Below are positions 56,160 to 64,000 of a DNA stretch of 64,000 nucleotides, one piece after another (positions within the stretch are counted from its first letter, which is position 1; every line of letters begins with the position of its first letter). Both the position numbers and the translations under genes were made by a program. Location: NCBI GenBank assembly GCA_038248985.1, contig JBBRWV010000001.1, positions 3,091-67,090 of the forward strand, in the 5' to 3' direction. The DNA is from Phycisphaerae bacterium. GTDB taxonomy: Bacteria > Planctomycetota > Phycisphaerae > WQYP01. The notes beneath the pieces were generated by a model, which saw nothing but the letters and a program-made list of their open reading frames with translations, was not told the DNA's origin and did no database searches.

Positions 56160-56939
56160 TTGGCAATGGCACTGCGGGTGACGGTCTGGCACGAGTACCT
56201 TCATGAAAAATTGATTGATTCGGTAGGCAAAATTTACCCCCAGGGAATGCACGCGGTAATGGCGGATGCCATTCGGCAGCACCTCGGCGCATCGGCGGTC
56301 GTGCGCACGGCCACGCTGGAAGAACCCGAGCACGGGCTGACCGACGAAGTATTGAACAATACGGATGTGCTGACATGGTGGGGTCACAAGGCGCATGGGG
56401 ATGTGCAGGATGCGATCGTGGAGAAAGTGTACAAACGCGTTCTGCAAGGCATGGGCCTGGTGGTTCTGCACTCGGCCCATTATTCCAAAATCTTCCGCAA
56501 GTTGATGGGAACAGGCTGCGGACTGCGATGGCGCGAAGCTGGAGAGTTAGAGCGTCTCTGGGTGGTGAATCCCGCCCATGAGATCGTCGATGGCGTACCA
56601 GCCCATTGGGAGATTCCGCATGAAGAAATGTACGGCGAGCAGTTTGATATTCCCACGCCCGATGAGCTCGTCATGGTGAGCTGGTTTGAAGGCGGCAACG
56701 TGTTTCGCTCCTGCTGCACCTGGACGCGGGGCAAAGGGAGAGTAGTCTATTTCCGCCCCGGGCATGAGATGTTTCCCACCTACTTCCAGCCGGAAGTCCG
56801 GCGCGTGCTTGCCAACTCGGTCCAATGGGCCGGCCCACGCAACAGCCATCGCTACGAAGGCGGAGCGCCCAATGAAGTGGTGCCGCTCAGTCCCATCGCC
56901 GCCACACATGTGGTCGAAGCGGCCCTCCATCGGAAGTGA
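56160..56939 (+). CDS. ThuA-like protein (trehalose utilisation, class I glutamine amidotransferase-like fold)
   Basis: Length and blocks ([34 protein letters not shown]) match the ThuA family. Confidence 0.7.
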   Translation: MAMALRVTVWHEYLHEKLIDSVGKIYPQGMHAVMADAIRQHLGASAVVRTATLEEPEHGLTDEVLNNTDVLTWWGHKAHGDVQDAIVEKVYKRVLQGMGLVVLHSAHYSKIFRKLMGTGCGLRWREAGELERLWVVNPAHEIVDGVPAHWEIPHEEMYGEQFDIPTPDELVMVSWFEGGNVFRSCCTWTRGKGRVVYFRPGHEMFPTYFQPEVRRVLANSVQWAGPRNSHRYEGGAPNEVVPLSPIAATHVVEAALHRK

Positions 56940-56993
56940 TGTATCTGGGATGCTTTCCTTGCCCCGGACGCTTGAATTGTTACACTCGGCTTT

Positions 56994-57770
56994 ATGACGC
57001 AAAGTGATTCCTTGAAAAGTGTTTGCCCTATGGCTACGGTTGACGGAGTTCCGGCGGAGCGCATGCCGCGGCATATTGCCATCATCATGGATGGCAACGG
57101 TCGCTGGGCACGCCAGCGCGGGCTTCCCCGTTTCGCCGGACATCGGGCCGGGGCGCGGGTCGTCACGCAGGTGACGGAGCTTTGCTCCAACCTCGGCATC
57201 GGCCAACTGACGCTCTATTCCTTCTCGACGGAAAACTGGTCGCGGCCCGCCGAGGAAGTGGCGATGTTGATGGATCTTTATGTCGAATATATGCGCGATC
57301 AGCGGCGGCTGATGATGGACAACAACATCCGCTTCGCCCAGATCGGCCGCCGCGAAGGCCTGCCCTCCCAGGTCATCGAGGAAATGGATATTTCGCGCGA
57401 TACGACCCGCAACAATACCGGTATGACGCTCTGCTTGGCGGTGAATTACGGCTCGCGCAGCGAAATCACCGATGCGGTCAAGCAACTTGCTCAGGACGTT
57501 CAAGCCGGCAAAATCGCCCCCGACGCCATTACCGAACAAGACATTTCGCTTCGCCTGTTTACCGCCGGCATGCCGGATCCCGACCTGCTCATTCGCACCG
57601 CAGGTGAAATGCGTATCAGTAATTATCTGCTCTGGCAGATCAGCTACACGGAGTTTTACGTCACCCCTGCCTACTGGCCCGACTTCACGGAGGACGAGTT
57701 GCACAAGGCCATTCGCGACTTCGCCGGCCGCAACCGGCGTTTCGGCGGCCTGGACGACTCCAATCGATAG
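56994..57770 (+). CDS. uppS: Isoprenyl transferase (undecaprenyl-diphosphate synthase)
   Basis: HIAIIMDGNGRWA, LTLYSFSTENWSRP and RISNYLLWQISYTEFY are cis-prenyltransferase signatures. Confidence 0.9.
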   Translation: MTQSDSLKSVCPMATVDGVPAERMPRHIAIIMDGNGRWARQRGLPRFAGHRAGARVVTQVTELCSNLGIGQLTLYSFSTENWSRPAEEVAMLMDLYVEYMRDQRRLMMDNNIRFAQIGRREGLPSQVIEEMDISRDTTRNNTGMTLCLAVNYGSRSEITDAVKQLAQDVQAGKIAPDAITEQDISLRLFTAGMPDPDLLIRTAGEMRISNYLLWQISYTEFYVTPAYWPDFTEDELHKAIRDFAGRNRRFGGLDDSNR

Positions 57771-57852
57771 CCCGGAATCCATCCGCCGTACTCCCCGCAA
57801 AAAAAGTTGCCGGGTGGGTGTAGCCCGAATAGGGCTCTGGTACACTTCGGCC

Positions 57853-58815
57853 ATGAGGAAACGAAACATGAGTCGGCAGTGGATTGGGTTATGCTTGGTG
57901 CTGTGCGCCGCCGTGGTGGGGGGGTGCAGTGATGAACCCGCTCCCGCCCCGCGCGCAACCTCCTCGCCGCCACTCGTATCGCATGTCGTGATTATTTCCA
58001 TCGATGGCTGCCGGCCCGACATTATGCTGCGTGCTAACACGCCGAACATCCGCGAACTGATGAACCGCGGAAGTTATTCCATGTGGGCACGCACGACCGA
58101 AGTCTCCATCACGCTTCCATCGCACACCACCATGGCCACCGGCGTGCGCCCCGAGAAGCACGGCGTGACCTGGAACGGGGATTTGGCGCCGGAGAATCAA
58201 ACCTACCCCGCCGTTCCAACCATTTTTGAAGTCGGAAAAAAAAGCGGTATGAGTACCGCCATGGTGGCCGGAAAAAGCAAATTCGTTACGCTTGCCCGGC
58301 CCGGAAGCATCGATTTCATCGCCGTCTCCGGCAATGGCGTGGACGTGGATATCCCCGGCTCGGCGATCCTGATCCTGTTGCGGTACCAACCCAATATCGT
58401 GTTGGTACACATGCCCTGGCCCGACAGTGTCGGCCACCAGTACGGCTGGGGAACGCCCGAACAGGTGAACGCCATCGAGTTTTCTGATCAATGCGTCGGC
58501 AAGGTCATGCAGGGCATCCGCGATGCGGGCATGGAAGACAAAACGCTGGTCCTCCTCACCGCCGATCATGGAGGTGCCGGACTTAGCCATGGTGCCAACG
58601 ATCCACGCTCGCGCCACATCCCCTGGATCGCCGTCGGCCCCGGCGTCAGGGCCAATTACGACCTGACGCGCTTTCAGGACCTGACGATCAACACCGAAGA
58701 CACGTTCTCCACCGCCTGCTATTTTCTCGGCCTTCCCCTGCCTGGCTACCTTGACGGCAAACCGATTTATCAAATCATCGAAGAGGCTGAACTCGTCGCC
58801 CCGGTCGCCAATTAA
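57853..58815 (+). CDS. Type I phosphodiesterase / nucleotide pyrophosphatase (alkaline-phosphatase superfamily) lipoprotein
   Basis: Lipobox VVGGCS; metal site VIISIDGCRPD, TLPSHTTMATG and LTADHGG. Confidence 0.8.
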   Translation: MRKRNMSRQWIGLCLVLCAAVVGGCSDEPAPAPRATSSPPLVSHVVIISIDGCRPDIMLRANTPNIRELMNRGSYSMWARTTEVSITLPSHTTMATGVRPEKHGVTWNGDLAPENQTYPAVPTIFEVGKKSGMSTAMVAGKSKFVTLARPGSIDFIAVSGNGVDVDIPGSAILILLRYQPNIVLVHMPWPDSVGHQYGWGTPEQVNAIEFSDQCVGKVMQGIRDAGMEDKTLVLLTADHGGAGLSHGANDPRSRHIPWIAVGPGVRANYDLTRFQDLTINTEDTFSTACYFLGLPLPGYLDGKPIYQIIEEAELVAPVAN

Positions 58816-58923
58816 GCCCTGCCCAAATAAATCCTGCCCAGAATGTAAAAAATCCCCGAAAATGGAGACACCATTTCCGGGGATTTATTTTCCTATGGAC
58901 AACCCGACGCGCGGTCAGATTGC

Positions 58924-60207
58924 TCAATCTGCGGGCGTGACGGTGGCCTTGCCGCCCGCAACGCAAATGCTTTCGATCCGCAATTCCTGATGCTGCCCTT
59001 CCACAAACACCGGTTCAATCTCCACGGTGTGTTCCTTCGTGGCGTCCAGACCGATCGCGATCTCCTGCGTGTGGTGACGGGAGCCGCCGAAGTTCCGCGC
59101 GGAAGCATCAAAGATATCCGTCGTTTTGCCCTTCACCATGCGGGTGACTGCTACGCCATCAATGTAGACCCGGTACGTGCCTGAGTCAAGTGTTTCTTCG
59201 CCGAAGAGCATCAAGACACTTCCGTTGAACTTGGCCTTGATGCGCGCCGCCGTTACGGGCGTGGAAGTTTCTTTGCCGTCTGCACCCTTGACGTTGACGT
59301 AATTCTTGGCGACTACCACATCGTCCAGCCAGCGCGACATCACGGCATCATGAAACGCCGCACCTAGGCTCGGCTTACCGATGGACCATCCGCCCGGCAG
59401 TTTGCCCTTCTCATACAGCGAGGAAATCCGCACCCGCGATGCATGCGTGTAGGTATCCGCATTGAGCATTTTTTCCGGGGCTGCCGGCACCATCTTCTGC
59501 GCGACGCCTTCCTCAAAGCCATTCCATGCGGCCTCGGCAAAAAGCTTGTAGCCTTCATCGCCGGGATGCACCGGATCCGTGTCCCACAATTCGTCAGCCT
59601 TGACCTTTCCTTCCTTGATGCGTTGCTGCACCAGCGTGACCGCATCACCCACCGGCGTGCCGTAGGCCTTGCCAATGGCCAGGTTAATCGCATGCCGCGG
59701 CATCCCCTTCGTGTCCGTCGCCGAAGCATTCCACTTGAACGGGAAAAGCACCTGCACGACGGGGACTTTCGCTTCCGCCACCAGCCGCCGGATGATCGCC
59801 TCGTAGGAAGCGGAGTGATCCGCATTGTTGGAGGTGATGTCATCGTTGGCGGTGAAATCCACAAAAACCAAGTCAGGCTTGCGCCGCAGCACATCCCGAT
59901 CGAGGCGGAAAACGCCGAGCTGCGAGCCTGGGCCGCCGATCGCCGCATCGTAGAACTTGAAGCTGGATTTGGGGTATTTGTCCTGCAGGCGATCCGCCAT
60001 CACGGCACGATACGATGTCGTGCTGGGATCGGTCGCATTGGCACCCCAGGTCAGCGAAGCACCAAAAAATACCACCGTGAGGCGCTCGCCCTTCTGCGCC
60101 CGCGCATCGAAGTTGGCGAAGCTGGTGTCCGCGCCGGCTTTACTGATACAGGTGAGGAGCATGAGCATGAACATCCATGTGAGAGTAGTGTGGGAGCGTG
60201 TCTTCAT
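58924..60207 (-). CDS. Secreted SGNH/GDSL-family hydrolase with C-terminal beta-rich domain
   Basis: Signal peptide (MKTRSHTTLTWMFMLMLLTCISKAGA). Block I VVFFGASLTWG (GDSL-type Ser), FTANDD and DPVHPGDEGY (the DxxH block). Confidence 0.75.
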   Translation of the reverse strand: MKTRSHTTLTWMFMLMLLTCISKAGADTSFANFDARAQKGERLTVVFFGASLTWGANATDPSTTSYRAVMADRLQDKYPKSSFKFYDAAIGGPGSQLGVFRLDRDVLRRKPDLVFVDFTANDDITSNNADHSASYEAIIRRLVAEAKVPVVQVLFPFKWNASATDTKGMPRHAINLAIGKAYGTPVGDAVTLVQQRIKEGKVKADELWDTDPVHPGDEGYKLFAEAAWNGFEEGVAQKMVPAAPEKMLNADTYTHASRVRISSLYEKGKLPGGWSIGKPSLGAAFHDAVMSRWLDDVVVAKNYVNVKGADGKETSTPVTAARIKAKFNGSVLMLFGEETLDSGTYRVYIDGVAVTRMVKGKTTDIFDASARNFGGSRHHTQEIAIGLDATKEHTVEIEPVFVEGQHQELRIESICVAGGKATVTPAD

Positions 60208-60304
60208 AGTATGAGTTTCCTTCCTTTGCCTCAATTCTGACGCCGCCACGTATACGACGCGGCGTTCCAGAAAAATTTCCAATCATCGATAAAACAATCC
60301 TATA

Positions 60305-63300
60305 TCAAAATCCCAAGTTGCCCCACAGATGAGGTTCCAAACGCGATTCCACGGATTCATCCGACGTGCCCGTCGCCGTGGGGTTCGCCCAGTACATCCG
60401 CTGTTTCACCTGGTTGCCGTCATCGCTGGTGAGAATGCCCCAATCCAGCTTCAAACGCATTCCCGCTTTTGGCTTAAGACCGATCTCCGACAATGGAATG
60501 GCCGCTTCCACGGTAAATCCGTCCGCCCCGCTGATGGCGATGTTGGCATCTTCCAGCCTCACCACTCGGGCAAACTTGTTCTCTCCGCCCGTGGGTGTAT
60601 ACGCACGCCACGCCTCCTCAGGCTTGACGTTGTCCGCCACCTGCTGATACAGAACGGCGACCGGCTTATCCTTGACGGAGGTAATCAGTATGCGGATATC
60701 GCCTTTCGCTGGCTTGTTGCGCTTGGGATCCGCCGCCGGGTCCGTGCTCAGCAGCAAATCCACCGCAGCACCCGTCTTGAACAGCCGCTGGAATTCTCCG
60801 CCGGCATTCTTGATCGGCAATTGGCCCTTGCCGTTCCAGCAGACATACAAATTGACGGCATCATAAGCGAGCGTGAAATTGATCTCCTGTTGCTGGCCCA
60901 TCGCCGCCGAGGGCTTGCCCCACTCTTCCTTGCGCCGCAGACCGTCGATGGTCGGCGGTTCGTCCAGCAGCGAGGCCTGCACAAACAGCGCCCGGCTTTC
61001 CACCATGCGCTTCGCCCGCCGTGCTTCCCAATCCAGAGTCTGAGCGAGGTCCTCCGCGGTCAGCGTGAACTCCGCGGAGAGCCGGCGTATCTGATCAATC
61101 CCGCGCACTTCCACAATCGTCGCATGGTTGAAACCCATCACCGCGTAGTATTTTTTGTCCACATCGTTCCGGGTGAAGAACCCGTGGAAATGCTCCTGGC
61201 TCAGCGTGATGGGGTCCAGCCTCATACCCGGTGCCGCCTGCGGAAAGCTCAGGAACCGCGCCCGCGAATCTCCCTTGTGCAGCGTCAGCATCCCCGCCAG
61301 GAATCCATCCGCTGACCAGATACGCCACGCGCCCGTATTGGAATGCACCACCACAAACTCCCCCAACTCCCCGGTGGACGTCTCGTGCCCGACCACGCCA
61401 AACTCATTGGTCACATTCCCCGGCCACCACGGCGCAATGTACAGCCCGGAAACGCCCGGACTGCTGGACGGATAGCCCCACAGCTTCTTCCCTTGCGGAT
61501 CCAGCCCGAAATTCTCGTCACGCTGGGTCTCCGGAGCATTGCTGTGCAGCGACAGGACGTTCCCATTGTTGAGCTTGAGTGTCGCACCCGGCTGGGGGGT
61601 GGTAAAGGCTGTTCGCTGATACACCGGCGTACCGTTCGGCAGAATCTCCTTCACCGAGTAATAAGCGCCGCGCGCCAGGAATCCCAATTTCTCATCCGGG
61701 TACCCAATGTTCGACTGCTCCCCGAAGCTCGCTATCGACCCCACCGCCACGCGCGGCTCAAACTGCACCTCTTCGTACTGCGGCTTGCCATCCCCGTTAC
61801 GATCCGCCCAGATGAAACGGAAATCCTTGGGGGCTCGCCCGTCCAGCGGCGTGATAATCGCCGACGCACGCAACGGCCAGTATCCGTCCGCATCGCCAAA
61901 CGCCGCCACCGGCCGCGCCGTCCCCTTCGCATCGTCCTTCAGGTAGATCACCGCCAGGTCCTGTCGATCACTGTTCCCCGTGGGCGCAGTCACCAGGTAG
62001 TCATGCCCGCCGATTTGACGATCCACGACGTCGCCCTGAAATCCCTCCGCCAGCTTGTTGCGGATGTGCGAAGTATTGGTCTTCGCATCAAACTCAAATT
62101 CGATCGGTCCCAGGTACATGCGGTTGGCATAAATGCGGCTCAATGTGCCCCCGCCTCCATACGCCGTGTTGCCCAGAATTTCTTTGACCAAGGCTCCCGT
62201 CTTGATGTTGTATTGCAGAATGCGCCGCGGATAGTAATCGCTTTCAACGACCCACAAGCTGCCGTCTTTGTCCGCGCACATCGTGTTGACGTTGCCGAAT
62301 TTTTCCGGATCCCACATGCCCGGGCTTATTCCACCTCCCTTGCCAAAAGTCCGCACAAACTTGCCCGACGAATCATACATCTCCACAATGCGGGCCTTCG
62401 GATCACCCTTCTCACCCCAGGTGAAAATATACATCGAACCATCCGGCCCCAGCGCCGCCCGTGACGGGCGGATATTCGGCACAATCGTCGCGGCTTCACC
62501 GGTGGTGGTGTTGATCTTTACCATGCCCGAATGGTTTTCGTTGATGGAGTACAGGTCGCCATTGGCGCTGGTTCCCATGCCGACCCAACCCAGGGCCAGA
62601 GGAAATTCCTTGACCAGTTTGCAGGTCTGCGCGTCGCGCACTTCCAGTCGCTTGAATTCCAACGAATCCCGCTTCGGATCACCGCCCACCGCTTGCAACG
62701 GGCTAACCCCCATTATCCGACACCACCGTGTGTCCAACTTCATGATCGCCGACTGCGACAAGTGCGTTCCGTGCTCGACGATCCCGTCCATCCGCCGGCA
62801 GGCACCATCCAGCGAGTTATACCATTGCTCCACCACCCGCAGCCGTATCGCCTTAGTCACCACATGCCCCGGCTGATCGTCCGGACGCATTTCCACATAG
62901 CCATCCATATATCGGGCCTGGTAATTGTCCCCGGGATGGTAGTCCGCCTTGCGCCGCTCCTGCTTGTAGGAAGCAACCTTCTTCCAATTCGCCCCATCCA
63001 ACGTCACCGGCCCATCCCCCACCCACGCATCAATCTCCGTCAACGCCCCATCAATTTCCTTGATCGCCAACCCATCGACGCGCTCCGGCTTGTCCCACTC
63101 CATCACGTATATGCCCGGATTTTCCATCCCGAGCGATTCCTTCCGCTGCGCATCCCACTCCCCGAACTCATTGACCTTCCCCGAGTTCACCCGAATCTTC
63201 GCCGTCGGTGCCAGATCCTTGAACCGCCGGTTTAGCAGCCGCAACCCATCCAGCCTCCCAAACCACTTATCTTCATCAAACTCATCGAAGTTCGACGTAA

Positions 63301-64000
63301 ACTGGATGCGAAACGCACGCGTCATCGTGTTCTCCGGCACCGTCAGCGTCTTCCAACGACCGTCCGGAAGTTTATCCTCAATCGCAATCCAGTCGGATTC
63401 CTTCTCCGCGTCCGGCGGATATGTTGCCCCCGGTTTCAACACGCTCATCTTAAATTTCAAACCTTTGGTGTGCGGAAAAACCACCGACCCGATCGGCACC
63501 GGCTTGATAAAGCTGATGATCGAATATTGGCGCGGGCCCGGCCCAAAAGAAGATTCCAGATACAGGTTCCCCGTCCCCTGCGGCTTGCTCGATCGGGGAT
63601 CCATCTTTTCCCCCGGCGGGTTCCCACCCATCCGAATAACCGAAAGCAACTCGCTCCCGGACTTCGGCGTGCAGTTGGCAAAATCCACATTGTTCCCGCC
63701 CGACGGATTGTCAAACAGCGGCTCCCCGCCAAACGATAAAAACACGTAATCCTTGTTCGCCGCCATCGCCGTCAGATTTCCGCGTCGTCCCGGCGGCCCG
63801 TTCGACGTTCCGATCTGTATCGGCTCGCGCGTCGCCGGATCCATCCGGTAAATCTTGTGATCGCTCGCATGGATGAACAGCGCCTCGCTGGATGCCGCCA
63901 TCAGGCTTACCCCCGTCCACGCGCCAAAACCGTGCTTCGCCCAGTTCTTCTTCCCCTTCAAATCGCAGTCAATCAGCGACACCCCCGCCTCGGCCATCGA
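60305..64000 (-). CDS. Large hypothetical protein (at least 1230 aa, N-terminus beyond the window edge) with beta-propeller-like repeats and a C-terminal carbohydrate-binding-like (CBM9/DOMON-like) domain
   Basis: Repeats such as DGSMYIFTWGE and DGSLWVVESDYYPRRILQY (NHL/YVTN-like). C-terminus DGLRRKEEWGKPS...LYVCWNG. The ORF is still open at position 64000. Confidence 0.55.
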   Translation of the reverse strand, partial: SMAEAGVSLIDCDLKGKKNWAKHGFGAWTGVSLMAASSEALFIHASDHKIYRMDPATREPIQIGTSNGPPGRRGNLTAMAANKDYVFLSFGGEPLFDNPSGGNNVDFANCTPKSGSELLSVIRMGGNPPGEKMDPRSSKPQGTGNLYLESSFGPGPRQYSIISFIKPVPIGSVVFPHTKGLKFKMSVLKPGATYPPDAEKESDWIAIEDKLPDGRWKTLTVPENTMTRAFRIQFTSNFDEFDEDKWFGRLDGLRLLNRRFKDLAPTAKIRVNSGKVNEFGEWDAQRKESLGMENPGIYVMEWDKPERVDGLAIKEIDGALTEIDAWVGDGPVTLDGANWKKVASYKQERRKADYHPGDNYQARYMDGYVEMRPDDQPGHVVTKAIRLRVVEQWYNSLDGACRRMDGIVEHGTHLSQSAIMKLDTRWCRIMGVSPLQAVGGDPKRDSLEFKRLEVRDAQTCKLVKEFPLALGWVGMGTSANGDLYSINENHSGMVKINTTTGEAATIVPNIRPSRAALGPDGSMYIFTWGEKGDPKARIVEMYDSSGKFVRTFGKGGGISPGMWDPEKFGNVNTMCADKDGSLWVVESDYYPRRILQYNIKTGALVKEILGNTAYGGGGTLSRIYANRMYLGPIEFEFDAKTNTSHIRNKLAEGFQGDVVDRQIGGHDYLVTAPTGNSDRQDLAVIYLKDDAKGTARPVAAFGDADGYWPLRASAIITPLDGRAPKDFRFIWADRNGDGKPQYEEVQFEPRVAVGSIASFGEQSNIGYPDEKLGFLARGAYYSVKEILPNGTPVYQRTAFTTPQPGATLKLNNGNVLSLHSNAPETQRDENFGLDPQGKKLWGYPSSSPGVSGLYIAPWWPGNVTNEFGVVGHETSTGELGEFVVVHSNTGAWRIWSADGFLAGMLTLHKGDSRARFLSFPQAAPGMRLDPITLSQEHFHGFFTRNDVDKKYYAVMGFNHATIVEVRGIDQIRRLSAEFTLTAEDLAQTLDWEARRAKRMVESRALFVQASLLDEPPTIDGLRRKEEWGKPSAAMGQQQEINFTLAYDAVNLYVCWNGKGQLPIKNAGGEFQRLFKTGAAVDLLLSTDPAADPKRNKPAKGDIRILITSVKDKPVAVLYQQVADNVKPEEAWRAYTPTGGENKFARVVRLEDANIAISGADGFTVEAAIPLSEIGLKPKAGMRLKLDWGILTSDDGNQVKQRMYWANPTATGTSDESVESRLEPHLWGNLGF

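Noticed and set aside
1-64000. Search for tRNA/rRNA genes and CRISPR arrays
   Set aside because: No cloverleaf-compatible conserved tRNA motifs were found in intergenic regions. No 16S/23S-like conserved blocks were found. No regularly spaced direct repeats were found anywhere in the window.

Overview
This is a 64-kb high-GC (~62-65%) window. It most likely comes from a PVC-superphylum bacterium (Planctomycetes/Verrucomicrobia-like), based on a DUF1559 prepilin-type protein, giant secreted TPR proteins and an extended S1 protein. No rRNA, tRNA or CRISPR array was seen.

Gene order, start to end:
- comEC
- a ~0.7-kb low-GC islet with a resolvase-like ORF
- a GT2 glycosyltransferase
- a decayed UvrA C-terminal remnant
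- a DegT-type sugar aminotransferase
- mtnA-like isomerase, galU, and a ROK regulator with an upstream palindrome
- two hypothetical genes in a lower-GC islet
- a ~15-kb co-directional cluster, described below
- a DUF3311-like gene plus a sodium:solute symporter
- a GT1 glycosyltransferase
- a LolD-like ABC ATPase plus a large FtsX permease
- an SOS mutasome cassette (imuA-imuB-dnaE2) with a LexA-type box upstream; imuA is interrupted at a C7 homopolymer
- a hypothetical protein, a YHS-domain protein and a DUF1559 pseudopilin-like protein
- rpsA
- a minus-strand operon: dus, heptosyltransferase, maf, DUF192, pseudo-receiver-PP2C phosphatase
- TlpA-like redoxin, M29 aminopeptidase, trxB, mscS, an orphan ABC ATPase, folD, tyrS
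- ThuA-like protein, uppS, a phosphodiesterase lipoprotein, an SGNH hydrolase, and a large partial beta-propeller protein

The most interesting candidate is the 15-kb cluster at 10915-26159. It encodes a secreted 823-aa TPR protein and a 2496-aa secreted TPR/discoidin/PA14 protein, followed by exbB-exbD-exbD. These are followed by a TonB/TolA-like TM and Pro-rich stub, a DUF4159 protein whose ORF extends into a double-TM N-terminus with no canonical start, and a secreted TPR protein. I interpret this as an undescribed Tol-Pal/Agl-Glt-like envelope machine driven by proton-motive force.
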